A stretch of 64,000 nt of DNA from Ancylomarina sp. GTDB taxonomy: Bacteria > Bacteroidota > Bacteroidia > Bacteroidales > Marinifilaceae. The stretch spans positions 383,502 to 447,501 of the forward strand of contig JBLWWJ010000003.1 in the NCBI GenBank assembly GCA_048268005.1. The letters are read 5' to 3'. The notes beneath the pieces are model-generated. The model saw only the letters and a list, made by a program, of their open reading frames with translations, did no database searches and had not been told where the DNA came from. Both the position numbers and the translations under genes were made by a program. Position 1 is the stretch's first letter. The number at the start of each line of letters is the position of its first letter. Of this stretch, positions 30,949-39,239 are shown piece by piece.

Positions 30949-31023
30949 GGGCGATTAGCTCAGTTGGTTCAGAGCACTTGGTTTACACCCAAGGGGTCAT
31001 AGGTTCGAATCCTATATCGCCCA
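30949..31023 (+). tRNA. tRNA-Val (anticodon TAC)
   Basis: Cloverleaf: acceptor GGGCGAT/ATCGCCC, D-arm AGCTCAGTTGGTTCAGAGC, anticodon stem CTTGG/CCAAG with loop TTTACAC, T-arm ATAGGTTCGAATCCTAT. No encoded CCA. Confidence 0.93.
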
Positions 31024-31052
31024 CAATTGTATAACATACACACAGTCTTCTC

Positions 31053-31127
31053 GGGCGATTAGCTCAGTTGGTTCAGAGCACTTGGTTTACACCCAAGGGG
31101 TCATAGGTTCGAATCCTATATCGCCCA
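31053..31127 (+). tRNA. tRNA-Val (anticodon TAC), identical second copy
   Basis: Same 75-nt sequence, 29 nt after the first copy. Confidence 0.93.
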
Positions 31128-31140
31128 CACCGAGAAATAA

Positions 31141-31176
31141 AAAGGAAATTTTCATATGAAAATTTCCTTTTTTTAT
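31141..31176 (+). terminator. Intrinsic terminator after the tRNA pair
   Basis: Perfect palindrome aaaggaaattttcatatgaaaatttccttt followed by a T-run. Confidence 0.85.
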
Positions 31177-31580
31177 TTTACATCCTTCCCTGAATATGTT
31201 TTTGTAAAACGGAACCACTTACTAATAATCTCATCCCACTCCTTAAATCATAAACCTAAAACAAAAAAAAAATTAAGGCAGTTGCCTATAAAACAATTAA
31301 AGCTTGTTAAATATTTATGTCAAAGTGAAAAAGGAATTATCCATTTATCAAAATCTATATTTTTTTTGCATATATTTACATTCACACAAATAAAACGAGA
31401 ATTCATCATTATTTTAAATAACTTCGTCACATATTTAGAAGACATACTATAAGTTAGTTTTTCTACCAGATTATGTACAAAGTGTAAAAAAAACAGTGTT
31501 TTTTCTTAACTCACAACACATTAGTAGTGAGTTGAATACGAGCAGAAGCGAGTTGATTTTTATTTTTTTTTCATTTTATT

Positions 31581-31612
31581 GGGTTACTTTTTGCAAAAAG
31601 AAGGAATAAAGG
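31581..31612 (+). promoter_or_regulatory. Bipartite motif GGGTTACTTTTT-N10-GGAATAAAGG upstream of the sigma gene (candidate autoregulated alternative-sigma promoter)
   Basis: Both blocks and the spacing are identical to 39165-39196. The spacer contains the palindrome CTTTTTGCAAAAAG. The motif ends 10 nt before the ATG at 31623. Confidence 0.55.
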
Positions 31613-31622
31613 AGTAGATAAC

Positions 31623-32183
31623 ATGGATTACACAACAGAAGCAATTCTAGAAGGAATTGAAACGAGCAATAATGATGTATTAAATTACATCTATCGCAAG
31701 TTCTTTCCTGATACTTGCAGATTCGTTGAAAATAATAGTGGAACCAGTGAGGACGCACGCGACCTCTTTCAGGAGGCTATTATTGTAATTTATCGAAAGA
31801 TGAAGAAAGCACCCATTGTGCTGACTTGCAATTTTAGAACGTATATCTACTCTGTTTGCCGACTATTGTGGTTAAAAAAACTTGAGAAGAGGAATGATAA
31901 TCTTGATATTATCAAATCAGATGTGGTGTTAGACCAACAGGTTGACGATGTAAGTAAATCTTACGAGCAAACTGAAAAATACCGTCTGTATCAGAAGCAT
32001 TTTAAACGATTGCCTGCTGATTGTCAGGAAATAATGAAACTTTATCTTGAGAAAGTATCTGCAAAAGAAATTGCAAAAAAATTAGGCTTTGCCGGAGAAG
32101 ATTACGTGAAATCCAGAAAATATAAGTGCAAGCAAACACTTATAATGAATATTAAAAGCGATAATCAATTTACCGAAGTATGA
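31623..32183 (+). CDS. RNA polymerase sigma-70-family factor, ECF-like (regions 2 and 4 only)
   Basis: 186 aa. Region 2 is DLFQEAIIVIYRK. Region 4 HTH is LPADCQEIMKLYLEKVSAKEIAKKLGF. An ATGA stop/start overlap joins it to the next gene. Confidence 0.9.
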   Translation: MDYTTEAILEGIETSNNDVLNYIYRKFFPDTCRFVENNSGTSEDARDLFQEAIIVIYRKMKKAPIVLTCNFRTYIYSVCRLLWLKKLEKRNDNLDIIKSDVVLDQQVDDVSKSYEQTEKYRLYQKHFKRLPADCQEIMKLYLEKVSAKEIAKKLGFAGEDYVKSRKYKCKQTLIMNIKSDNQFTEV

Positions 32184-32923
32184 TGAACGAAAAAAACTTT
32201 GACCGAATAGAAAATTATCTAGACGATCAGCTTAACGAAAATGAAATCCTAGATTTTGAAAAAGATCTAATGGATGATCTTGATTTGGAGATGGAATTAA
32301 ATCTTCACAACGAGATAAACGAAGCCATTATGGAAGAAGATGTCATGGAGCTTAGAAGCAAACTCGAAGCGATTGATATCCCTACCCCTAAAGAAAAGCG
32401 CAAAGTAAGATTCCAAGGGAAATGGAGAATTGCTGCTGCTTCTTTGATTCTTTTTATAGGTATGGCTGGCATATACTCAATGCTTGGCAATAAAACATAC
32501 AGCAATGAAGAAATCTTCAATAGCTATTACAAACCTTATGGAATTGTAAGTAATACACGTTCTGCCACGGATACAGATAAAGTTCTGGAGCAAGCTTTAC
32601 AATCCTATGAGGCTAAAAACTATCGAGCTGCTTTATCATTATTCCAAACAATACTAGATAAAGACAGTACCAATTTAACGAGTAATTTTTACTCGGGTAT
32701 TTCTAATATTCAAGTGCAAGAATACCCCAAAGCGAATAAAAATTTTATTCGTGTACTAAAACACAAAAATAACCTGTTTATAGAGCAATCTGAATGGTAT
32801 TTAGGAATTTGCTACCTAATGACTAATGAAAGAGAAAAGGCTAAGGAAACCTATAGTGCTATTGCCAAAGGAAATAGTTTCTATAGAACGAAAGCCAAAG
32901 AGATTCTCAATAAACTGGAATAA
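32180..32923 (+). CDS. Anti-sigma-like membrane protein: cytoplasmic acidic N-domain, one TM, periplasmic TPR domain
   Basis: Translationally coupled to the sigma gene. The N-terminus FDRIENYLDDQLNENEILDFEKDL is typical of Bacteroidota anti-sigma-like proteins. TM helix is WRIAAASLILFIGMAGIYSML. C-terminal TPR-like repeats. Confidence 0.7.
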   Translation: MMNEKNFDRIENYLDDQLNENEILDFEKDLMDDLDLEMELNLHNEINEAIMEEDVMELRSKLEAIDIPTPKEKRKVRFQGKWRIAAASLILFIGMAGIYSMLGNKTYSNEEIFNSYYKPYGIVSNTRSATDTDKVLEQALQSYEAKNYRAALSLFQTILDKDSTNLTSNFYSGISNIQVQEYPKANKNFIRVLKHKNNLFIEQSEWYLGICYLMTNEREKAKETYSAIAKGNSFYRTKAKEILNKLE

Positions 32924-32952
32924 ATCAATTCGTCATACTATCGTTAATACAT

Positions 32953-32987
32953 AAGGATTGTTCTAATAAGAACAATCCTTTCTTTAT
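32953..32987 (+). terminator. Intrinsic terminator after the sigma/anti-sigma operon
   Basis: aaggattgttc-taataa-gaacaatcctt hairpin followed by tctttat. Confidence 0.75.
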
Positions 32988-33107
32988 ATATAACTTTTGA
33001 AATAGCATGAACAATGCCAATTTTCTCTTTAGAGAGTTTAATTCACATCTTAAGTATAATACCGGCTATGCTAAAGTTCTGACTCTTTAGAAGCCTTAAA
33101 AAGACAT

Positions 33108-35984
33108 TTAAACGACTTCTAAATTTAATTTATCCAAATTTTGTTTCTTAGTCTTTTTAACTGAACGTTTCACTATGAAATAAATCCCACCCAAAAAAAG
33201 CGTAATTCCCAAAAGCAGCAGAATCTTATGAATCATACTAAACCTGAACAGGCTATCTGTATCACCAATGGCAACATAGCCAGACCAAAAGTATGGATGT
33301 GCTTTCAGGGCATCAGCCGTTTCTATATATTCCAGTTTAGCTCGCTGTAGGGCAGCATCTTTAGGAAAATTCTGAGACAAGTACTTATAAAATGAAGACA
33401 TTAAAGTAGATCCTGATAAATCTTCCACCGTCCAAAGTGTCATGATTAAGCTTGTACAGCCTGAATAAAAGAAACCCCTTGCTAAACTCATCACCCCCTC
33501 TCCTTTAAGAAATTTACCATCTCCCGAATTACAAGCACTCAAAACAACCATTCTGGCTTTAAGGTTCATATTATAAATCTCATGTGTATTCAATAAGCCA
33601 TCATTCAAACTATCATCGGTTTGAGTAAAAACCAATTTTGAATACATAGGATTGTTATCGTCTAATATTGTGTGCATCGCCAGGTGCAGGATATCAAAAC
33701 TACCGGCGTTTTTCTTGAAATTCGTTTCAGAAGCAAGTTCATCCGTATAAGTCTCACTTGCTAGTATCTTAGAAATATTCTCAACCTCTTCTTTAGCACC
33801 AGGTAAAGGAAAAAGATTGTTGTTACGAATATGTCTGGTTGTTAGAATTGAATCGCTCAATTTATTATAAGACGGAGCAAAAGCCAAATGCCTTTTTGAT
33901 GATGGTTTTGAAAGTCCTTTTTCAGGTCGTTTGTAAGCAATCGTAGCTGAGTTTTGATAACTGATAGGATTGTGACGTATCAGGTAATCCAAATTACGAT
34001 AATTCAAGCTCTCAGGGTCTCCTTTTTCCTTCAGTAATACACCAAAGGGCACATAGGCCAACTTGCCTTCAGGAACTACTATTAAATGCTTATTCAGAAT
34101 AATATCTTCATAAGGTTCGATTATAATTTGATAAAGCTTATGAGCTGCAGAAATATAGTCCTGGTGATATTTCATGCTATTACCAGAAAAATTATTGCTC
34201 TTTAAACTGGTTCGAATATTATTAATACTATTCTCAAACTCCCCATGTCTTAGACACACTTTTTTCATTTCGAAAAGGTCAGAACCTATAGCAAAAGAAT
34301 ACAAAGTGGAACCAGATAAAGCATATTCAAGTAATATTTCATCTTCTTTCAGCTGCTTTTGTACTTCATTTACAGAAATACTCGCATTATCATACTTTAA
34401 GACATAATACTCAGGATAATCCGTTTCAAAACGCTTTACCATTTGCTCATATTCAGTGTTCAATCCAAATAGAGTATGGCGCCAATTTGAGATTGAGTCT
34501 TGCATAGGATGAAACTGCTTTCTCTCCTGATAAATCTTATTTCGGTAATCAGCAATATCTTGTTTTAATTTATGCTCCAGATTTTGAAGCTTGATAGGGA
34601 TGCCTCCAAAAATTTTAGCATCTACATCATTTAAATAGTTACGCAAACTAGATGCCTTAGCTCTTTCTGAATAACTAAAAGCTTTCTCCTTGTAAATAGA
34701 ATTTAGACTCAGTTCATACAAATCAGCAGCGACTGAAATAGCAGAAGATAAAGTTTCATTTTCATTGGCACTCAATGCTAATTTTGATTCTTCATCCTGA
34801 TAAGCAATTTGAATTTGATCAATAATCTCAACACTCAAATCGAATGTATTCAGGGATGCTATCAGATACTTAATTTGTTTTGTTTCTCCATACAGCATTT
34901 GTAGGGTTGATGCCTTGTCATTTAAAATATCAATTGTCGACAACTGACCATCAATCTGTTGGATATTAGGATTCTGAGCAAACTCCTCTTCACAAAAATC
35001 ATAAGTGCTTGACACAAGCGCTTTTTGGTAGTACTCCAGAGCTTTAGTATAATTTTTATCCTTGAAATACAAGCCACCTAAGTTTTTCAAGCAATGAGCC
35101 GTATCAGGGTGCTTCAATCCAAACTTATCTAAATAAATTATAAACGATTTATTTAGATATTCTTCAGCCAAAGAATTATTATCTTTATCTAAATAAAATA
35201 TGGCATAATTCAAATAAAAGTTAGCCAAATCAGAATTACCATCACCATTGAATTTGATCGACTCATCAATACTCAATTTCAAATAGTGATTAGCCTCTTT
35301 ATCGTAGCCCAATATTCTATAGCAATTCCCAATATTAGTATAACTGGTTGAAAGGTCTGACACTTTCCTTACTTTCTTAATTTCTAAACCCTCGAATAAA
35401 TATCTGAGTGCATTATTATAGTCCTTATTGTTCTTAGAAGCCAGGCCAAGATTAGTGAAAATCCGACCTCTCCAACGTGAAGCTGAGGGATTCTTTTCAG
35501 TAATAAAAAGAGCTGCCTCATAAAATTTTTGTGCCTTTAAATTATCTTTCAAATGAAGATAAATATTACCCATATTCAGATAAATAGGCGCTAATTTACC
35601 AGATAACTCACCAAAGTGTTTTTTACAAATTACCTCTGCTGAATTCAGAAAAAACAAGGCGTTTTTATATTTTCCTAACCTGATAAGAGTAACTCCATAA
35701 TTGACTTTATACCGATAGAGAAGCTGAAAATCTTTCAATTCATTTTCGTCAATACTTGCTGCAGCCTGCTTAAAATAACTTTCTGCACCCTTATTATTTC
35801 GGGAACGCAATTCATTTACAGCCTTATTTAATAGAACAAGCAGGGAAGAGTCTGCGGATGTTATCACATCTGATTGAACGACTTGTGAAGGTATTGATGC
35901 TTTTACATGATAATTAAATCCACAAAACATTAAGAAGCATGCAGTAATCAGCAAATAAAGAAATGTTTCTTGTCTTTTTCTCAC
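33108..35984 (-). CDS. TPR-repeat CHAT-domain protein with signal peptide and C-terminal TM anchor (paralog 1)
   Basis: 958 aa with a GTG start. Signal peptide MRKRQETFLYLLITACFLMFCGFNYHVKA. About 400 aa of TPR repeats. CHAT domain retains the catalytic-type His (ILHLAMHT) and Cys (VVLSACNSGDG). C-terminal TM is ILLLLGITLFLGGIYFIV, followed by a basic tail. Confidence 0.9.
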   Translation of the reverse strand: MRKRQETFLYLLITACFLMFCGFNYHVKASIPSQVVQSDVITSADSSLLVLLNKAVNELRSRNNKGAESYFKQAAASIDENELKDFQLLYRYKVNYGVTLIRLGKYKNALFFLNSAEVICKKHFGELSGKLAPIYLNMGNIYLHLKDNLKAQKFYEAALFITEKNPSASRWRGRIFTNLGLASKNNKDYNNALRYLFEGLEIKKVRKVSDLSTSYTNIGNCYRILGYDKEANHYLKLSIDESIKFNGDGNSDLANFYLNYAIFYLDKDNNSLAEEYLNKSFIIYLDKFGLKHPDTAHCLKNLGGLYFKDKNYTKALEYYQKALVSSTYDFCEEEFAQNPNIQQIDGQLSTIDILNDKASTLQMLYGETKQIKYLIASLNTFDLSVEIIDQIQIAYQDEESKLALSANENETLSSAISVAADLYELSLNSIYKEKAFSYSERAKASSLRNYLNDVDAKIFGGIPIKLQNLEHKLKQDIADYRNKIYQERKQFHPMQDSISNWRHTLFGLNTEYEQMVKRFETDYPEYYVLKYDNASISVNEVQKQLKEDEILLEYALSGSTLYSFAIGSDLFEMKKVCLRHGEFENSINNIRTSLKSNNFSGNSMKYHQDYISAAHKLYQIIIEPYEDIILNKHLIVVPEGKLAYVPFGVLLKEKGDPESLNYRNLDYLIRHNPISYQNSATIAYKRPEKGLSKPSSKRHLAFAPSYNKLSDSILTTRHIRNNNLFPLPGAKEEVENISKILASETYTDELASETNFKKNAGSFDILHLAMHTILDDNNPMYSKLVFTQTDDSLNDGLLNTHEIYNMNLKARMVVLSACNSGDGKFLKGEGVMSLARGFFYSGCTSLIMTLWTVEDLSGSTLMSSFYKYLSQNFPKDAALQRAKLEYIETADALKAHPYFWSGYVAIGDTDSLFRFSMIHKILLLLGITLFLGGIYFIVKRSVKKTKKQNLDKLNLEVV

Positions 35985-36184
35985 TTTGGGGTATTAGTTT
36001 AAAAAAACTGAATGTGTGACAAATAAGGTCGTGAAATTATGAAAAACATAGAATTTATTTATGTTTTTAAGAAAAAAAACTCCATCCTCTTCCAGGAAAC
36101 ATCCTCATATAAAGTGAGATTCAAATGCAATACTTTTGCTTAACCAATCATGTTAACACAGGATGTGTTGCAACCACAAAACGA

Positions 36185-39058
36185 CTAGACTATGTCTAAC
36201 TCATCTAAACTTTGTTCTTTAACCTTTTTAGATGTTGAGCGCTGCCAAACAAAGTATAGACCTCCAAACAAAATAGTCAGTCCCAGAAACATCAAAATCT
36301 TATGAATCATACTAAATCTGAATAAGCTTTCAGTATCACCAATGGCAACATAGCCCGACCAGAAATAGGGATGTGATTTCAAAGCATCAGCTGATTCAAG
36401 ATATTCCAACTTTGCTTGTTGTAAAGCGACATCTTTAGGAAAACTTTGAGATAAATATTTATAAAATGAAGACATTAAAGTAGAACCCGATAAATCTTCC
36501 ACAGTCCATAGTGTCATAATTAAACTTGGGCAACCAGAATAGAAGAAACCACGTGCTAAACTCATCACACCCTCTCCCTTAAGAAATTTACCATCTCCCG
36601 AATTACAGGCACTCAAAACAACCATTCTCGCTTTAAGATTCATATTATAAATTTCATGGGCATTCAATAAGTCATCATTCAAACTATCAGCGGTTTGAGT
36701 AAAAACCAGTTTTGAATACATCGGATTGTTATCATCTAAAATAGTATGCATAGCTAAATGCAGAATATCAAAACTCTCAGCATTATTTTTAAAATTCGTT
36801 TCTGAAGCCAAATTATCGATATAGGTCTTACCGTTAAATATTTTAGAAATATTTTCCACTTCAACTTTAGCGCCAGGTAAAGGATAAAGCTTGTTGTCGT
36901 GAGCTTGCCTGGTTACCAAAATTGAATCACTCACATTATCATAAGAAGGAGCAAAAGCTAATAGCCTTTTTTCTGAAGACATAGAGAATCCTATATCAGG
37001 ACGCTTGTAAGCTATTGTAGCTGAATTTTGATAACTAATCGGGTTGTGACGAATAAAATAATCTAAATTACGGTAATTCAAGCTCTCAGAATCTCCTTCT
37101 TCTTTTAGTAATACGCCAAAAGGTACATAAGCCAATTTCCCCTCAGGAACAATAATTAGGTGCTTATTCCCGATCACATCTTCGTATGGCTCAATCATAA
37201 ATTGATAAAGCTTATGTGCGGCAGAAATATAATCCTGATAATATTTCATGCTATTACCCGAAAAATCATTGGTCTTTAAACTGGTTCGGATTTTTGTGAT
37301 ACTTCTCTCCAATTCCCCTTTTCTGAGGGGCATTTTTTTCATTTCGAATAGATCAGAACCTAAAGCAAACGAGTATAAAGTCGAATCAGATAAGGCATAT
37401 TCAATCAGAATTTCATCCTCTTTCAGTTGCTTCTGCAGCTCTTCAACAGAAATACTCGCATTATCATACTTTAAGGCATAATAATCAGGATGATCCGTCT
37501 CAAAACGTTTCACCATTTGCTCATATTCAGCATTCAAACCAAAGAGAGTGTGACGCCAATTTGAAATTGAGTCTTGCATGGGATGAAGTTGCTTTCTCTC
37601 CTGATAAATCTTATCACGGTAATCAGCAATGTCCTGTTTCAATTTATGCTCCAGGTTTTGAAGATCGATAGGAATACCTCCAAAAGTTTTAGCGTCAACA
37701 TCATTCAAATAGTTACGCAAACTAGATGCCTTAGCTCGTTCCGAATATCTAAAAGCCTTTTCCTTATAAATTGATTCTCCCGTGACTTCAAACAATCTCG
37801 CAGCCACTTCAATTGCAGTAGAGAAAGTTTCATTTTCGTTAGCACTTAACGCCAATTTTGATTCTTCATCCTGATAGGCAATATGAATTTGATCTATAAT
37901 ATCAACACATAAATCAAAAGTCTCAAGCGATAATTTTAGATATTTAACTTGCTTGGTAGTGTCGTAAAGCTTAAATAAGGCGGAGCCCTTATCATCAATA
38001 ATATCAAAAGTAGTCAACTGACCATCCACCTGCTGAATACTTGGATTCTGATCAACTTCTTCATTATGAAAATCATAGGTGCTGGAAATCAGTGCATTTT
38101 GGTAATACTCTAGAGCCTTAGCATATTCCTTATCCTTAAAATATAAGCCACCTAAATTTTTCAAACAATGAGCCGTGTCAGGATGCTTCTTTCCAAACTT
38201 ATCCAAATAGATTGAGTAGGATTTATTTAGATATGCTTTAGCCAATACACTATTTTCTTTAGAAGCATGAAAAATGGCATAATTTAGATAAAAACTTGCC
38301 AGATCAGAATTCCCCTCTCCGTTCAATTTGATGGATTCCTCAATACTCCAATTTAAATAATGATCGGCCTCCTTATCATAGCACAATTCTTTATAGCAAT
38401 TCCCAATATTATTCAAACTTAAAGAAAGATCTTTAATATTTCTTTCCTTCTTTATTTCATAACCTTCTATTAAAAATTTTAGAGCATTATTATATTCCTT
38501 ATTGCTTTTATAAACTAAACCAAGGTTATTAATTATTCGATCTCTCCAGCGTGATGCCTCAGGGTTTTTCTCAACAATAAATAAGGCTGCCTCATAAAAT
38601 TTTTGAGCTTTTAAGTTATCCTTAGAATTAAAATAAATATTACCCATATTAACATATATCGGGGCTAGTTTTCCGGATGATTCTCCAAAATGATTCTTGC
38701 AAATAGTTTCAGCTGCATTAAAATTAATCAAAGCTTTCTTAAATTTCCCTAACCTAACAAGTGTGGCCCCGTAATTGACTTTATAGCGATACAAAAGTTC
38801 ATGATTCTTTAAGTCATTCTCATTTATGGTGTTTTCAGCTTGTTGGAAATAGCTCTCCGCCCCCTTGTTATTTCGGGAACGCAATTCATTTACGGCCTTA
38901 TTTAGCAGAACGAGCAAGGAAGAATCGGCAGATGTGGTCACATCTGATTGAAAAACGGGTGATGGCTTTGATGCTTTTGCATGAAAATTCGATCCACAAA
39001 AGATAAAAAAGCATAAAGAAATCAGCAGATATCGAAATATTTCTTGTTTTTTTTTCAC
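36185..39058 (-). CDS. TPR-repeat CHAT-domain protein with signal peptide and C-terminal TM anchor (paralog 2)
   Basis: 957 aa with a GTG start, collinear with paralog 1 over its full length. It has the same His/Cys motifs, signal peptide and C-terminal TM. Confidence 0.9.
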   Translation of the reverse strand: MKKKQEIFRYLLISLCFFIFCGSNFHAKASKPSPVFQSDVTTSADSSLLVLLNKAVNELRSRNNKGAESYFQQAENTINENDLKNHELLYRYKVNYGATLVRLGKFKKALINFNAAETICKNHFGESSGKLAPIYVNMGNIYFNSKDNLKAQKFYEAALFIVEKNPEASRWRDRIINNLGLVYKSNKEYNNALKFLIEGYEIKKERNIKDLSLSLNNIGNCYKELCYDKEADHYLNWSIEESIKLNGEGNSDLASFYLNYAIFHASKENSVLAKAYLNKSYSIYLDKFGKKHPDTAHCLKNLGGLYFKDKEYAKALEYYQNALISSTYDFHNEEVDQNPSIQQVDGQLTTFDIIDDKGSALFKLYDTTKQVKYLKLSLETFDLCVDIIDQIHIAYQDEESKLALSANENETFSTAIEVAARLFEVTGESIYKEKAFRYSERAKASSLRNYLNDVDAKTFGGIPIDLQNLEHKLKQDIADYRDKIYQERKQLHPMQDSISNWRHTLFGLNAEYEQMVKRFETDHPDYYALKYDNASISVEELQKQLKEDEILIEYALSDSTLYSFALGSDLFEMKKMPLRKGELERSITKIRTSLKTNDFSGNSMKYYQDYISAAHKLYQFMIEPYEDVIGNKHLIIVPEGKLAYVPFGVLLKEEGDSESLNYRNLDYFIRHNPISYQNSATIAYKRPDIGFSMSSEKRLLAFAPSYDNVSDSILVTRQAHDNKLYPLPGAKVEVENISKIFNGKTYIDNLASETNFKNNAESFDILHLAMHTILDDNNPMYSKLVFTQTADSLNDDLLNAHEIYNMNLKARMVVLSACNSGDGKFLKGEGVMSLARGFFYSGCPSLIMTLWTVEDLSGSTLMSSFYKYLSQSFPKDVALQQAKLEYLESADALKSHPYFWSGYVAIGDTESLFRFSMIHKILMFLGLTILFGGLYFVWQRSTSKKVKEQSLDELDIV

Positions 39059-39164
39059 TGTAGAAAAATAGTTTTAAAAAGCTGAATTTGTGACAAATAG
39101 GCCCTGCGAAATTATTCAAAACATAGGACATATTTATGTTTTTGAAAAAAAACTTTCACTTTCC

Positions 39165-39196
39165 GGGTTACTTTTTATCCAAAAAGGGAATAAAGG
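39165..39196 (+). promoter_or_regulatory. Bipartite motif GGGTTACTTTTT-N10-GGAATAAAGG upstream of the peptide genes
   Basis: Same two blocks and spacing as at 31581-31612. The spacer keeps the inverted repeat CTTTTT-atcc-AAAAAG. The motif ends 43 nt before the ATG at 39240. Confidence 0.55.
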
Positions 39197-39239
39197 GATG
39201 TAAAACGATTCCAATATTCACTTTATAATTTAAATAACC

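Noticed and set aside
31156-31452. 98-aa ORF in the long intergenic region between the tRNA pair and the sigma gene.
   Set aside because: Its composition is low-complexity and AT-driven (K/I/F/L-rich). It starts inside the tRNA terminator hairpin and has no motif. I treat the region as non-coding, although 400 nt of untranslated DNA upstream of the sigma gene is itself unusually long.
33008-33091. 27-aa ORF (MNNANFLFREFNSHLKYNTGYAKVLTL) between the anti-sigma terminator and the CHAT paralog 1 stop.
   Set aside because: It has no GG leader and no duplicate or conserved feature, and it sits after a strong terminator.
36125-36199. 24-aa ORF (MQYFCLTNHVNTGCVATTKRLDYV) in the position where a peptide gene would sit beside CHAT paralog 1.
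   Set aside because: It has no GG motif and no similarity to the 33-mers. It overlaps the 3' end of CHAT paralog 2 and lacks the bipartite upstream motif, so it is most likely a chance ORF.
33108-39058. TPR-CHAT proteins as type III-E CRISPR (Craspase-like) or other cytoplasmic defence proteases.
   Set aside because: There are no cas/gRAMP genes, no CRISPR array and no nucleotide-signalling genes anywhere in the window. Both proteins carry an N-terminal signal peptide and a C-terminal anchor, which predicts a periplasmic location.
38898-39131. 77-aa minus-strand ORF overlapping the 5' end of CHAT paralog 2. Similar short antisense or out-of-frame ORFs in the track include 3130-3363, 3991-4263, 5681-5893, 8969-9199, 9620-9850, 9795-9980, 9998-10183, 10940-11152, 15074-15286, 15613-15870, 17759-17998, 18331-18558, 20637-20858, 21484-21675, 21968-22159, 23575-23784, 27183-27377, 27556-27816, 29052-29279, 30183-30398, 31576-31758, 32305-32520, 34174-34407, 37248-37481, 37574-37774, 39571-39879, 41311-41526, 42238-42504, 42745-42942, 44371-44565, 45665-45901, 47110-47372, 48008-48672, and several inside 51157-61081.
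   Set aside because: Each is nested in or overlaps a much longer ORF that has clear family motifs. Their translations are low-complexity with no recognisable domains. ORFs 34174-34407 and 37248-37481 resemble each other only because they lie in the duplicated CHAT genes.
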